In this document: positions 44,684-54,139 of the stretch, piece by piece | How the letters are laid out: each line of letters starts with the position of its first letter | How positions within the stretch are numbered: the stretch's first letter is position 1 | Virus record (IMG/VR): IMGVR_UViG_3300046804_003398 | Source: a virus | Taxonomy: Duplodnaviria; Caudoviricetes | Strand: one strand, 5' to 3' | Length of the DNA stretch: 64,000 nt | The notes under the pieces: model-generated | Database searches by the model: none | What the model was told of the DNA's origin: nothing | What the model saw: only the letters and a program-made list of their open reading frames with translations | Position numbers and translations under genes: made by a program

Positions 44684-45298
44684 ATGTATCAATACAAAAA
44701 CCAAAGACCAACTGGCTCAGACTTTGACGACGAAGAAATTATCATAACAAAACCCACTCGGGGACAAAGCCAAGTTCATGGCAACGAAATATACTTCTAC
44801 AGTGATGTCTCACTTGGAAGTATTTTTTCTTTGAACAAAGCTATCTCAGACCTTGAGAAACAAATGTTGATCGCCCAAATTCAATTGGGTATGCCAAAAC
44901 CACCACACGTTAAACTATTCATCAATAGCGACGGCGGTGAAATATTCAGTGCTTTTACAACTGTAGACAGAATTAGCACTTGTAAAGTTCCAATTCATAC
45001 ATACGTTGAAGGTATTGCAGCCAGTGCTGCAACGTTAATCAGTGTATGTGGCAAACGTAGATTTATTGGCAAGACGGGTGTAATGTTGGTTCACCAATTG
45101 AGAAGTTGGTGTGGTGGAACTCACGAAAACTTCAAGGATGAAGCTAAGAACCTTGAGATGTTATCAGATAAAATCCAAAAGATATATCTGGAACATACCA
45201 AGTTTACCAAGGCTGATCTTGATGAAATTCTAAAGCATGACATTTATTTGAGTGCTGAAGAGTGTGTCAAGTATGGATTGGTAGATGAAATCCTGTAA
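44684..45298 (+). CDS. ClpP-family serine protease
   Basis: LFINSDGG, GIAASAATLI (Ser), MLVHQ (His), DIYLSAEECVKYGLVDEI (Asp). Confidence 0.9.
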   Translation: MYQYKNQRPTGSDFDDEEIIITKPTRGQSQVHGNEIYFYSDVSLGSIFSLNKAISDLEKQMLIAQIQLGMPKPPHVKLFINSDGGEIFSAFTTVDRISTCKVPIHTYVEGIAASAATLISVCGKRRFIGKTGVMLVHQLRSWCGGTHENFKDEAKNLEMLSDKIQKIYLEHTKFTKADLDEILKHDIYLSAEECVKYGLVDEIL

Positions 45299-45351
45299 TA
45301 GATAATTAACTCACCCAAACCCTTCTTCTGTTCCGTTGACTACTTATTAGT

Positions 45352-45681
45352 ATGGGTAAGCAACGATCAAAAGAAGGGTTTATTTATATCATTAGCAATA
45401 GTGCTTTCCCCAATTTTTACAAGATTGGGGTTACTAATGATATAAAGAGTCGTTTGCGCACCTATCAAACCTCATCACCCCATAGGGATTATCGTATAGA
45501 ATATTACATACAGCACCCAGATTGTTATGGGGCAGAGCAAAAGATCAAAGAAATGATGAGGCATTTTGCTTTAGAAATTCGAAATGAATGGTTTAAAATC
45601 GACTTAAATATAGCAAAAACCAGACTGGATGAAACTTTAGATCCAGAAGAAAAATTTCCTATTGACATTTATAATAAGTGA
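45352..45681 (+). CDS. GIY-YIG/T5orf172-like protein
   Basis: GFIYII, YKIGVT..IKSRL..YQTSSP, EWF. Confidence 0.85.
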   Translation: MGKQRSKEGFIYIISNSAFPNFYKIGVTNDIKSRLRTYQTSSPHRDYRIEYYIQHPDCYGAEQKIKEMMRHFALEIRNEWFKIDLNIAKTRLDETLDPEEKFPIDIYNK

Positions 45682-45689
45682 GGTATCAT
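45662..45689 (+). promoter_or_regulatory. sigma70-type promoter (TTGACA-N16-TATCAT)
   Basis: Directly upstream of the HNH gene. Confidence 0.65.
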
Positions 45690-45699
45690 AGATAAAGTT

Positions 45700-46344
45700 A
45701 TGAACAATGTTGCGAACAAGTTAATCTGTCTGAATCTTAATGCTAACTGGCAGCCAGTTGGTTTCAAGACCGTCAAGGATGCTATCGTGGATCTTTGTGG
45801 TTCTGACACCAATGGAAAGCCCTCTTCGTTGGCATTGGATATTGACTATGAAATCGACGAAAACGGTGAGCCAATCTTGACCGAGGCAAAGAGCATGAAT
45901 CCTGTGTCATGGTCTGATTGGATGAATCTTCCAGTTCGTAATTGGGATTTGAGCATCAATACCCCAACTAGGATGATTCGTGTTCCTACCGTGATCATCG
46001 CTACTAACTTCAACAAGATGCCTGTCAAGAGCTTCAAAGGTAAGCCTTCAAAGGATGCAATTTACAACCGTGATGGTGGTATTTGTCAATACACTGGTAA
46101 GAAGGTTGACCGTCATACTGCTACCGTGGACCACGTTGTTCCTCGTAGTAAGGGTGGTGAAGACTCTTGGACCAATCTTGTGTTGTGTTCCAAGGATGTC
46201 AACGCTAAAAAGGGTAATCGTATGAATAGTGAAGTGGGATTGAAGTTGCTCAAGCAACCCGTGGTTCCACAGCCTGTTCCTATGTATGCTCTTATCACAG
46301 ACGCTAAGCACATTGACTGGAATCACTTTTTGATCAAAACTTGA
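45700..46344 (+). CDS. HNH endonuclease
   Basis: IYNRDGGICQY..ATVDHVVPRSKGG.DSW.NLV.C...N.KKG. Confidence 0.9.
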   Translation: MNNVANKLICLNLNANWQPVGFKTVKDAIVDLCGSDTNGKPSSLALDIDYEIDENGEPILTEAKSMNPVSWSDWMNLPVRNWDLSINTPTRMIRVPTVIIATNFNKMPVKSFKGKPSKDAIYNRDGGICQYTGKKVDRHTATVDHVVPRSKGGEDSWTNLVLCSKDVNAKKGNRMNSEVGLKLLKQPVVPQPVPMYALITDAKHIDWNHFLIKT

Positions 46345-46389
46345 TGTTGATTTGAATTTAAATTTGATGATGATCGTATATATGATAAT

Positions 46390-46566
46390 ATGCCTTCATC
46401 GAGAAAAGAAAAATATCTGATCAATATTGCCGGTCAAGAAGTGGAATTATCAAAGGATTGCGTCAACTTTTACTTGAAAGAAACAAGGAGACGTGCGCCG
46501 ACAAAAAAATCGATGGAGAAGTTTTTCAGTAACTTGGTCAAATACTTTACTGAGAATGTTTCTTAG
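46390..46566 (+). CDS. small hypothetical protein (58 aa, not in ORF track)
   Basis: MPSSRKEKYLINIAGQEVEL...FTENVS. Confidence 0.55.
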   Translation: MPSSRKEKYLINIAGQEVELSKDCVNFYLKETRRRAPTKKSMEKFFSNLVKYFTENVS

Positions 46567-46976
46567 AAGAGATTGAAAGGCGCACGTCTCCACTTATTGT
46601 TTAGATACAAATACAAAAAGTTGTCGTCGGTCCTTAACTCTCCCTCAACACCATAATCACTGCTGCTGAATGGTGCTGGCACATTGCCATTTGGATTTAT
46701 AAACAACGAGTCGAACGAACCAGTTTGACCTTGTAGGTCTTGAACGTAAGAGGGTTGACCACTGTTTCCACCCAAGTTTGATACACCATCAACATATAGA
46801 CCAGAAGCAGATATGACGCTACCAGAAATGTTATATGGTGGCAAATTTCTACTTCCAACCAAAACACCCTCGTTATTTGTCTGAACTATCAAATTAGATC
46901 CAGAAACAACACGTTCTAAGAACCTCGTATTGTTTGGATCTCTCTGTTGAAATACTACGTCATATTTGTTTGGCAT
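46563..46976 (-). CDS. putative virion protein
   Basis: G.EGELRTDDNFLYLY..NKWRR motif seen in fibre-type proteins; ATATTTATA upstream. Confidence 0.65.
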   Translation of the reverse strand: MPNKYDVVFQQRDPNNTRFLERVVSGSNLIVQTNNEGVLVGSRNLPPYNISGSVISASGLYVDGVSNLGGNSGQPSYVQDLQGQTGSFDSLFINPNGNVPAPFSSSDYGVEGELRTDDNFLYLYLNNKWRRAPFNLF

Positions 46977-47065
46977 ATCTCAAGTAATAAATATAAATAT
47001 CTCGGTCCAACTATATTCACGAAAATAAACGACGTTAATTGTGGATTTTCATATTTATATTAAAC

Positions 47066-47668
47066 ATGGATATCTACTCCAAATACGAAAAACAAATCAA
47101 TGAAACCTACAGAGGTGGATTGAAAGCCTGGTTTGGTAAAGGACCAGTAGGCAGTTCAACTGGTGGTGGATGGGATCGTTATGATTCTACTGGAAAAAAA
47201 GCAGGCAAGTGTGGTGATGCCAAAAAAGGAAGTAGCTATAGCGCATGTTTGGGTAAGAAGTATGCGGCTAGACTAAGAGCAAAAGGTGGTAAGAAAGCAA
47301 TTGCTAATTGGGTCAAACGTAAAAAGTCAGCTCAAAGATCTGCTGGTAGAGGTGAAAAGGGTAGTGGAGGTAAAGGTAAATCTCCAGTCAGAGTCAGTTA
47401 TAACACCAAAGAATGTTTGAGTGAAATATTCATCATACAACACGCTCAAGAACTAAAACAAGATTTGGTTAACTTTCTAAAAAGTGAGTTTCAAAAAGGT
47501 GCTATAGCACCAATTCATTCTGGACCAAGCACAACTGAGTTCAACCCAACAGATTGGTTAGAACCTATGGCAGATGACTTGGTAAACAAGCTGGTTAAGT
47601 ATTTTCAAGTGTTGAGAGGTCAGACTGAAAAGGATATGTATTCGCCTGTTCCTCTTGAACAAGATTGA
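47066..47668 (+). CDS. basic Gly/Lys-rich head-internal-type protein
   Basis: INE|TYRGGLKAWF..W..KCG..Y.AC..RKK; ATATTTATA upstream. Confidence 0.7.
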   Translation: MDIYSKYEKQINETYRGGLKAWFGKGPVGSSTGGGWDRYDSTGKKAGKCGDAKKGSSYSACLGKKYAARLRAKGGKKAIANWVKRKKSAQRSAGRGEKGSGGKGKSPVRVSYNTKECLSEIFIIQHAQELKQDLVNFLKSEFQKGAIAPIHSGPSTTEFNPTDWLEPMADDLVNKLVKYFQVLRGQTEKDMYSPVPLEQD

Positions 47669-47739
47669 TTAACACATGTAAATTATAATATCAATAGTTC
47701 TTGATTTATGCCTATTTATATGGTAAACACTATTGTATT

Positions 47740-48042
47740 ATGAAGCGTTACTATATAAAAGATGATATAAATAAGAAACTTGTATTCAAGCAAACAGTTC
47801 CCGAAGTTGTTTCGTATCTTGAAACGTTGTGTCAGAAAATTCACCGCCAAAGTCGTCAAAACTATATGGTTGAGATGGTCAGTTTGGGACATGGATATGA
47901 TGACAATCAAGGTGCATACTTTACCGAATTGATGGCCAAAAACGTTGATATTGGTATTGTTACAAAGGATGGTAGACTAAAACGTTGTAATATTCACGAA
48001 TACGCTCGTAATCAGAAATTCAAGACCGAAATGGGTGATTGA
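47740..48042 (+). CDS. hypothetical protein
   Basis: Start reset to MKRYY. Confidence 0.7.
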   Translation: MKRYYIKDDINKKLVFKQTVPEVVSYLETLCQKIHRQSRQNYMVEMVSLGHGYDDNQGAYFTELMAKNVDIGIVTKDGRLKRCNIHEYARNQKFKTEMGD

Positions 48043-48044
48043 TT

Positions 48045-49661
48045 ATGATTAATTTGGATATCAAGTGGTCAGATCCAATTAAGATAGAAGAAGGTGACAA
48101 AGTTTACTACGTTCGTGAATGGGTCATACCTGCGCAATATCGACCTCATTTCTTTTCATGGTGGAAGGCAAACAAGTTCACAATGAAAGAACGTGGATTT
48201 GCTGTGGTGAAACGTGATTTGGATTGGGTGTTGTTGGAAGTTCAAGATGATCCAAAAGAGTTTTTCAACAAAAAAGAAAAGTCATCCTCAAAGAAAGTAG
48301 AACCACTTCCAAACTATGACGTAAAACATTCAGATGGGTTGCGTCCATGGCAAGTCACCGCAGTTGGTAAGTTGGTATCATCAATTAAAAAGTGGGGTGC
48401 GGGTGTTGATGGCAGTGATGTTGGCGTAGGCAAAACATACACTGCGTGTGGTGTGGCAAGAGAACTAGACATGGACATATTGGTTGTATGTCCTAAAGCA
48501 GTTAAGGAAAGTTGGAAAAGAGTCATCAAGAACCACTTTAAGATGTGGGGTAGATGTATAGGCATTATCAATTATGAATCTCTACGCATAGGAAAAACCG
48601 ACAGTCTAATTGCTTCTTATGTAAAACGTAGAGATACTCGTCGTAAAGAGTTTGTGTGGAAAATCCCCAAGTCCACTTTGATTGTTTGGGATGAAGCACA
48701 AAAGTTGAAGAATGCCAAAACCAAGAACAGTGAAACGTGTTTGGCTGCATTAAAAGCTGGATACAAAATGTTGTTTTGCAGTGCTACCATGGCAACCAAT
48801 CCTCTTGAGTTGCGAACTGTAGGACAAGGTATACAGTTGTTCAAAGGTAGTCAACAATATTACACTTGGTTGTATGAACATGGTGTTGTAAAAGGTCGTT
48901 TTGGTATGGAGTTCACTGGTGACAAAAAAGCATTGATGAAACTTCATGAAGACATATTTGTGAATCGTGGTGTAAGATTGACCCGTGATACAATTCCAAA
49001 CTTCCCAGAAAGTCAAATATCTGCCGAAACATACGAGATGGATAAGGAAGATGTTGACAAGATCAATAACGTTTATGACGAAATGCGTTTGGAGTTATTG
49101 AAGATTGAGAAGTTGCTTAAGAAAGATAAGGGTCAAACCAAGATGACTGCTATTCTTAGGGCAAGACAAAAGGTCGAGATGTTCAAGGTTCCGTTGATCA
49201 TCGAAATGGCAGAAGAAGCAATTGAAAACGGTATGAGTGTTGCTATATTCTGTAACTTCACTGAGACCATCAATGCACTAAGTGACCGATTGAATACAAA
49301 GTGTATTGTCAATGGTGTTGTAAGTGACAAAAAACGTCAACAAGCCGTTGATGATTTTCAAGCAGACAAACAACGAATAATTTTGATCAATATTGCGGCT
49401 GGTGGAGCTGGATTGAGTTTGCATGATTTGAATGGTAATTATCCCAGAATCTCTCTCATATGTCCTTCATATTCCGCAGTTTTGATGCGCCAGTCTACTG
49501 GTCGAGTTTGGCGTGATAGTGCCAAGACAAAGAGTATACAAAAGATTGTATTCGTCGCAAACACTATCGAAGAAGAAGTATGTAAAATCGTGAATCAAAA
49601 GTTAGAAAACCTTGATTTATTGAACGATGGAGATTTAAATTATGTCAAAAAAGAAGAGTAG
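48045..49661 (+). CDS. SF2 (SNF2/HARP-like) helicase
   Basis: LRPWQ, DVGVGKT (Walker A), WDEAQ, SAT, AAGGAGLSL, QSTGRVWR. Confidence 0.9.
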   Translation: MINLDIKWSDPIKIEEGDKVYYVREWVIPAQYRPHFFSWWKANKFTMKERGFAVVKRDLDWVLLEVQDDPKEFFNKKEKSSSKKVEPLPNYDVKHSDGLRPWQVTAVGKLVSSIKKWGAGVDGSDVGVGKTYTACGVARELDMDILVVCPKAVKESWKRVIKNHFKMWGRCIGIINYESLRIGKTDSLIASYVKRRDTRRKEFVWKIPKSTLIVWDEAQKLKNAKTKNSETCLAALKAGYKMLFCSATMATNPLELRTVGQGIQLFKGSQQYYTWLYEHGVVKGRFGMEFTGDKKALMKLHEDIFVNRGVRLTRDTIPNFPESQISAETYEMDKEDVDKINNVYDEMRLELLKIEKLLKKDKGQTKMTAILRARQKVEMFKVPLIIEMAEEAIENGMSVAIFCNFTETINALSDRLNTKCIVNGVVSDKKRQQAVDDFQADKQRIILINIAAGGAGLSLHDLNGNYPRISLICPSYSAVLMRQSTGRVWRDSAKTKSIQKIVFVANTIEEEVCKIVNQKLENLDLLNDGDLNYVKKEE

Positions 49662-50016
49662 TATCAAACAATATAAAGTATTGACTGCCGATTGGTCTTC
49701 TATTGTAGAGGTCGATAGCAGTATATTTGACGATGGTTATGTTGAAGCATGCACACAAGCAATCGAACAAAAGATAAGATTTGCAAATGCTCCAGTAAAG
49801 ATATTTCAATCTGGACCACATAACTTGTTTGTAAATCCAATCATGGTGTGTCATAACCTATCAAATCCAAAAGAAAAAGAACGATACATCAATACATACA
49901 AGATTTTACAAAACGCTGGTATGCCCAAAAGAGCAGAAAACCTACGAGAAGTGTTTCTGAAAAACGTAGAAGTGGATCTGGCTTATGAACCCCTATCAGC
50001 ATCTCTAAAATCATGA
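49642..50016 (+). CDS. hypothetical protein
   Basis: 124-aa ORF. Confidence 0.7.
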   Translation: MSKKKSSIKQYKVLTADWSSIVEVDSSIFDDGYVEACTQAIEQKIRFANAPVKIFQSGPHNLFVNPIMVCHNLSNPKEKERYINTYKILQNAGMPKRAENLREVFLKNVEVDLAYEPLSASLKS

Positions 50017-50777
50017 ATGCGGAACAATTTGACATAAAAGACATCAACAGTAAGTTACAAGAACTTGAGTCACTAAAGGCTAAGGTAGAAGAGTTATATT
50101 CTCTCAATAAAATCGGTGATGACGTAAGAAAAGAACTAGACCAATACAAAGTTCTACGAGACCGAGGAGTTGAAATACCACACTTAGACAAAGAGTTCAG
50201 TGATCAATTATATCCAAAACGAGGTGCCAATGGTCCCAAGACTAGACCTCTTATGCAAAGTGAAGTGTGTGAAGCATTGGAAAAATCTTCATCGGCACGA
50301 AAGGCAGCAAAACGATTGGGTGTGAGTTATCCAACATTCAAGAAGTATGCCAAGTTATATGGAATTCACAAAACTCCAGGCTGGCCTATAAAGAAGAAAG
50401 ATCCATCAGATACAACCCGAAAACATCGTGGTCCAATAGATCCATACAAAGGTAAGTATCCAGTCACAGAAATCGTAAAAGGTTTGTATCCAGAGTTTCC
50501 AGTTCATAGACTCAAAGACAAACTGATACGTGCTGGTCTCAAAAAACCAGAATGTGAACAGTGTGGCTTTGGTGAACGAAGACTCACAGATGGTAAGTTA
50601 CCGTTGTTGTTGAATTTTGAGGATGGTAATAATAAAAACCACAAGTTGGAAAACATGAGATTGTTGTGTTACAACTGCACATTTACATCGGGTAAGGGAT
50701 ACATAAACCGTGGACCAAAAGCATTTGATCCAGATATTCTACAAGACAGTAAGAAGATACTCAAACAAAGATTTTAA
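50013..50777 (+). CDS. HTH protein with degenerate HNH/Zn domain
   Basis: SARKAAKRLGVSYPTFKKY HTH; CEQC..LLLNFEDGNNKNHKLENMRLLCYNC. Confidence 0.8.
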   Translation: MNAEQFDIKDINSKLQELESLKAKVEELYSLNKIGDDVRKELDQYKVLRDRGVEIPHLDKEFSDQLYPKRGANGPKTRPLMQSEVCEALEKSSSARKAAKRLGVSYPTFKKYAKLYGIHKTPGWPIKKKDPSDTTRKHRGPIDPYKGKYPVTEIVKGLYPEFPVHRLKDKLIRAGLKKPECEQCGFGERRLTDGKLPLLLNFEDGNNKNHKLENMRLLCYNCTFTSGKGYINRGPKAFDPDILQDSKKILKQRF

Positions 50778-50778
50778 C

Positions 50779-51270
50779 ATGAATGACTTTGGACACATAT
50801 TATCTAAACATGGAGTTTTAGTAGCATTCAATATTGCTAAAAAAGTCAAACAGTCCGACATCAACAAAATCAGAAAGAAGTTGAAAGAGACATGTGCGAC
50901 CGAAGAAGAACTCAATGAACAGCTTGAAAAGTTGATTGTGCTCCAAATTAAAAATTCACTACATAACCAAGAAATCCCAGGTATCATCAGTAAACAAACT
51001 GGTAAAAAACTAGAAGACCCATTCGCACATATACCTGCAATATTAAAACAAAAGATATTGAGAATGGTTCTTCATTTCAGTGAAATCATTGACCGTGAAA
51101 AATTTAACAAGGAACTATTATTGATAGTTTCTCAGTTATTGTTGGCTCAAAATAAAATTACACAAAATGATATAATTGAGTTCAACAAAAAATATAAATT
51201 AAAGTCATTCGTTGACGAAGACTATTTAGATAATGAAGAGGACGACGACGACGAAAACGATCAACCTTGA
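50779..51270 (+). CDS. hypothetical protein with acidic tail
   Basis: Start reset to MNDFGH; EEDDDDEND end. Confidence 0.7.
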   Translation: MNDFGHILSKHGVLVAFNIAKKVKQSDINKIRKKLKETCATEEELNEQLEKLIVLQIKNSLHNQEIPGIISKQTGKKLEDPFAHIPAILKQKILRMVLHFSEIIDREKFNKELLLIVSQLLLAQNKITQNDIIEFNKKYKLKSFVDEDYLDNEEDDDDENDQP

Positions 51271-51279
51271 ATTAGTTTT

Positions 51280-52419
51280 ATGGAAATATACAACATCTCA
51301 GACGCTAAAAAATTTATGAACGATAAGAAAACTGTTTTTGTGACCGGCGTTACTGGTCAAGACGGCAGCCACATGGTAGACTATTTGTTGAAAAATACAG
51401 ACTATACCATCTTTGGCGGTGCACGACGATTGAGTATCAAGAATCATGATAACCTCAAACATCTCGAAAATAATCCAAGATTCCAATTGATCAACTTTGA
51501 TTTGAGTGATGCACACAGTATCTCCAAGACGATTGAACAAATCAAGCCAGATTATTTTATCAACCTCGCGGCACAAACCTTCGTTGGTTCAAGTTGGGAC
51601 TTTCCAGCACAAACTTGGGAATGTAACACAACGGGTATTATTCACATCCTAGAAGCTATTCGTCAACACAAGCCAACATGTAGATTCTACAACGCTGGTT
51701 CGTCAGAAGAATATGGCAACGTAGCTTACACACCACAAGATGAAGAACATCCAGCTCGTCCTCGTAGTCCATACGGTGCAAGTAAGAGTGCTGCTCGTCA
51801 ATTGGTAAAGGTCTACAGAGAGTCTTACAATCTATATGCTGTTCAAGGATTGTTGTTCAACCATGAAGGAACTCGTCGTGGCGAAGAGTTTGTTACTCGT
51901 AAAATCACCAAGGGTGTCGCACGAATCAAGCAAGCACTTGTGAATGGCAAGACATTTGAAGCAATCGAACTTGGTAACGTGTATGCAAAACGTGACTGGA
52001 GTGATGCCGAAGACTTTGTTGACGGTATTTGGCGAATGTTGAATCAAGAAAAGTATCGTGTTGACTTTGATAGCAACATGAAACTTCAAGAGTATGTGTT
52101 GTCAAGCAACGAAACTCACACTATTAAGGAGTTTGTTGAGTTGGCATTCAAGTATGCTGGTATCGAAGGTGGATGGCATGGTAATGGAACTGGTGAAGAG
52201 TTTAGTCTCACACCAACAACTGTTGACAAGTTTGATGCTGCTTCAAGTATTCTTGTAAGGATCAATCCAAAGTTCTATCGTCCAGCTGAAGTGGATCTGT
52301 TGTTGGGAAATAGTAACTTGGCACGTAAAGATCTTCAATGGTCACCAAAGACCTCATTTAACCAATTGGTAGAGAAGATGGTTAGAAATGACTTGAGTTT
52401 ATTGGGTTTGACCGTATAA
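51280..52419 (+). CDS. gmd: GDP-mannose 4,6-dehydratase
   Basis: TGVTGQDGS, NLAAQTFV.SSW, FYNAGSSEEYG, PRSPYGASK, LFNHEG.RRG.EFVTRKI, RDW, FYRPAEVDLL.G. Confidence 0.95.
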   Translation: MEIYNISDAKKFMNDKKTVFVTGVTGQDGSHMVDYLLKNTDYTIFGGARRLSIKNHDNLKHLENNPRFQLINFDLSDAHSISKTIEQIKPDYFINLAAQTFVGSSWDFPAQTWECNTTGIIHILEAIRQHKPTCRFYNAGSSEEYGNVAYTPQDEEHPARPRSPYGASKSAARQLVKVYRESYNLYAVQGLLFNHEGTRRGEEFVTRKITKGVARIKQALVNGKTFEAIELGNVYAKRDWSDAEDFVDGIWRMLNQEKYRVDFDSNMKLQEYVLSSNETHTIKEFVELAFKYAGIEGGWHGNGTGEEFSLTPTTVDKFDAASSILVRINPKFYRPAEVDLLLGNSNLARKDLQWSPKTSFNQLVEKMVRNDLSLLGLTV

Positions 52420-52429
52420 TTATAGGTAT

Positions 52430-52831
52430 ATGAGCGAAAGCTATACACTATACAACGAAACGGTAATGGATCACTTTATCAACCCACGTAACATGGGTGA
52501 TATAAAAGACGCAGATGCCATTGGTGAAGTGGGTGCTGCGGCTTGTGGTGATATCATGAAAATCAGTCTGAAAATCGACGATGTTACTGGAACGGTAACT
52601 GATGCACGATTCAAGACGTTTGGTTGTGGTAGTGCTATAGCTGCTTCATCTATGGCTACTGAACTCATCAAAGGAAAGTCGATTGACGAATTACAAAAGA
52701 CTTTTTCAAACGATGACATTGTGAATGCTTTGGGAGGTCTACCACCTGTCAAAATTCACTGTTCAGTGTTGGCTCATGAAGCATTAAGTGCCGCTTTAGA
52801 AGATTACAAAAGAAAAAAAGGAATAAAATAG
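52430..52831 (+). CDS. iscU: Fe-S cluster scaffold IscU/NifU
   Basis: DHFINPRNMG, ACGD, FKTFGCGSAIA, LPPVKIHCSVLA. Confidence 0.95.
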   Translation: MSESYTLYNETVMDHFINPRNMGDIKDADAIGEVGAAACGDIMKISLKIDDVTGTVTDARFKTFGCGSAIAASSMATELIKGKSIDELQKTFSNDDIVNALGGLPPVKIHCSVLAHEALSAALEDYKRKKGIK

Positions 52832-52834
52832 TTT

Positions 52835-53116
52835 ATGTTTAACAACAAAATTGAAGGCATGAATATGCCAGCTCCAAAGCAAAACTTTGGAATCAAAGAT
52901 ACAACCGCCGTTGACTGTCCAGAGTGTCACAACACTGTGTTTCAAAATGGTGTTATATTTCGTAAGGTAAGCAAGATTCTTGCTGGAACTGATAAGGACG
53001 GATTAGTTCCCATCAACGTGCCATACTGTGTAAACTGTTTGGAACCACTACAAGAGTTGCTTCCTATTGAACTCAGAAAGTCAAAGATTCAGTTTCTCGA
53101 CTCAGAAAGCTGTTAA
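52835..53116 (+). CDS. Zn-ribbon hypothetical protein
   Basis: CPEC..CVNC. Confidence 0.75.
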   Translation: MFNNKIEGMNMPAPKQNFGIKDTTAVDCPECHNTVFQNGVIFRKVSKILAGTDKDGLVPINVPYCVNCLEPLQELLPIELRKSKIQFLDSESC

Positions 53117-53787
53117 TACTTCTTGATAAAAACAATACTTTTGTAGAAATGGATAAATTCAATGAGTTTATCCATTTTTGTCATTTTATCATGTTCACAA
53201 CAACCGCTAGCATCACGTTTTATACAACCATGAAGTTCACCAGAAAAACAATATCCATGTGAATTTACATAGTCCACCAATTCTTTTGTATAGTTAATAA
53301 ACTCGGGTGTGTTATTAATACTATGAACTTCCTTGAGATACGATGTGTGTAAGTCTTCAACCACATAAATACCACCATCTCGCAATAATGGAAATAGTGT
53401 ATCAAAGGTTATCTTGGTGTAAGAGTCTATGTGTGAACCATCATCGATGATAATATCAAACGGTCCATATTTTGAATTGAGTTCTTGTAGCAACTGTGTA
53501 TCACGTTGATCTCCCTTTACAATGGTTATACGATCATTTGGTGGATACGCATAATGTTTTATGTCATGGTCCATACAAACAAACCTACCATTGGTAAAAT
53601 ACTTGGACCACATTTGAATAGATTGACCAGAAGCCAATCCTATTTCCAACACATTGATTGGATCATCACGTAGTTCTTGAAAATAACGGTGATATAACTT
53701 ATTGAAGTTATGACCAAATTTGGACTTATCAGTGGTAAAGTTGTTTCCTTCGGCGAGTTTATCAAGTGGGCAATCAGTCTTATCCAT
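53113..53787 (-). CDS. class I SAM methyltransferase (sugar O-methyltransferase, MycE-like)
   Basis: TDK, VLEIGL..G.S..MW..YF, GDQ.D, FDIIIDDGSH, GGIYVVEDLHTSY. Confidence 0.85.
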   Translation of the reverse strand: MDKTDCPLDKLAEGNNFTTDKSKFGHNFNKLYHRYFQELRDDPINVLEIGLASGQSIQMWSKYFTNGRFVCMDHDIKHYAYPPNDRITIVKGDQRDTQLLQELNSKYGPFDIIIDDGSHIDSYTKITFDTLFPLLRDGGIYVVEDLHTSYLKEVHSINNTPEFINYTKELVDYVNSHGYCFSGELHGCIKRDASGCCEHDKMTKMDKLIEFIHFYKSIVFIKKY

Positions 53788-54136
53788 ATAACATCGATTT
53801 ATCTACCCTATAACTAGGAGTTTCTGTTTCTCTAACTCCCATTTTTGACTTTAAAAACATAAGAGCTGCTCTAGGACTCATGGTTCCACAATTAAATCCA
53901 AGAATACCATATTGTTGACAAAACTCCTCCAATGCCTTTACGTCATCAGTATTGTGTTGTTTAATAGTTGGTTCCTGGTCCGTAAAGGGGTCTTCCTGAC
54001 GTTTTTTCCTACTCAACATGGTTTGATAGGGGTCGAACCCACTATTGTTGGATTTAGCCATTACTCGGGTTTGCATCGCACCCATATTTGCCAAATTTGC
54101 AAACATACTAGAGTTCATTGATGGCCAGTCGTCCAT
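53780..54136 (-). CDS. hypothetical protein
   Basis: 118-aa ORF; FC.Q.GILGFNCG.M motif. Confidence 0.7.
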   Translation of the reverse strand: MDDWPSMNSSMFANLANMGAMQTRVMAKSNNSGFDPYQTMLSRKKRQEDPFTDQEPTIKQHNTDDVKALEEFCQQYGILGFNCGTMSPRAALMFLKSKMGVRETETPSYRVDKSMLYG

Positions 54137-54139
54137 ATA

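Noticed and set aside
48045-49661. Helicase as part of a restriction or defence system
   Set aside because: No adjacent methylase or nuclease partner in a defence-type layout; it fits an ordinary phage SF2 helicase.
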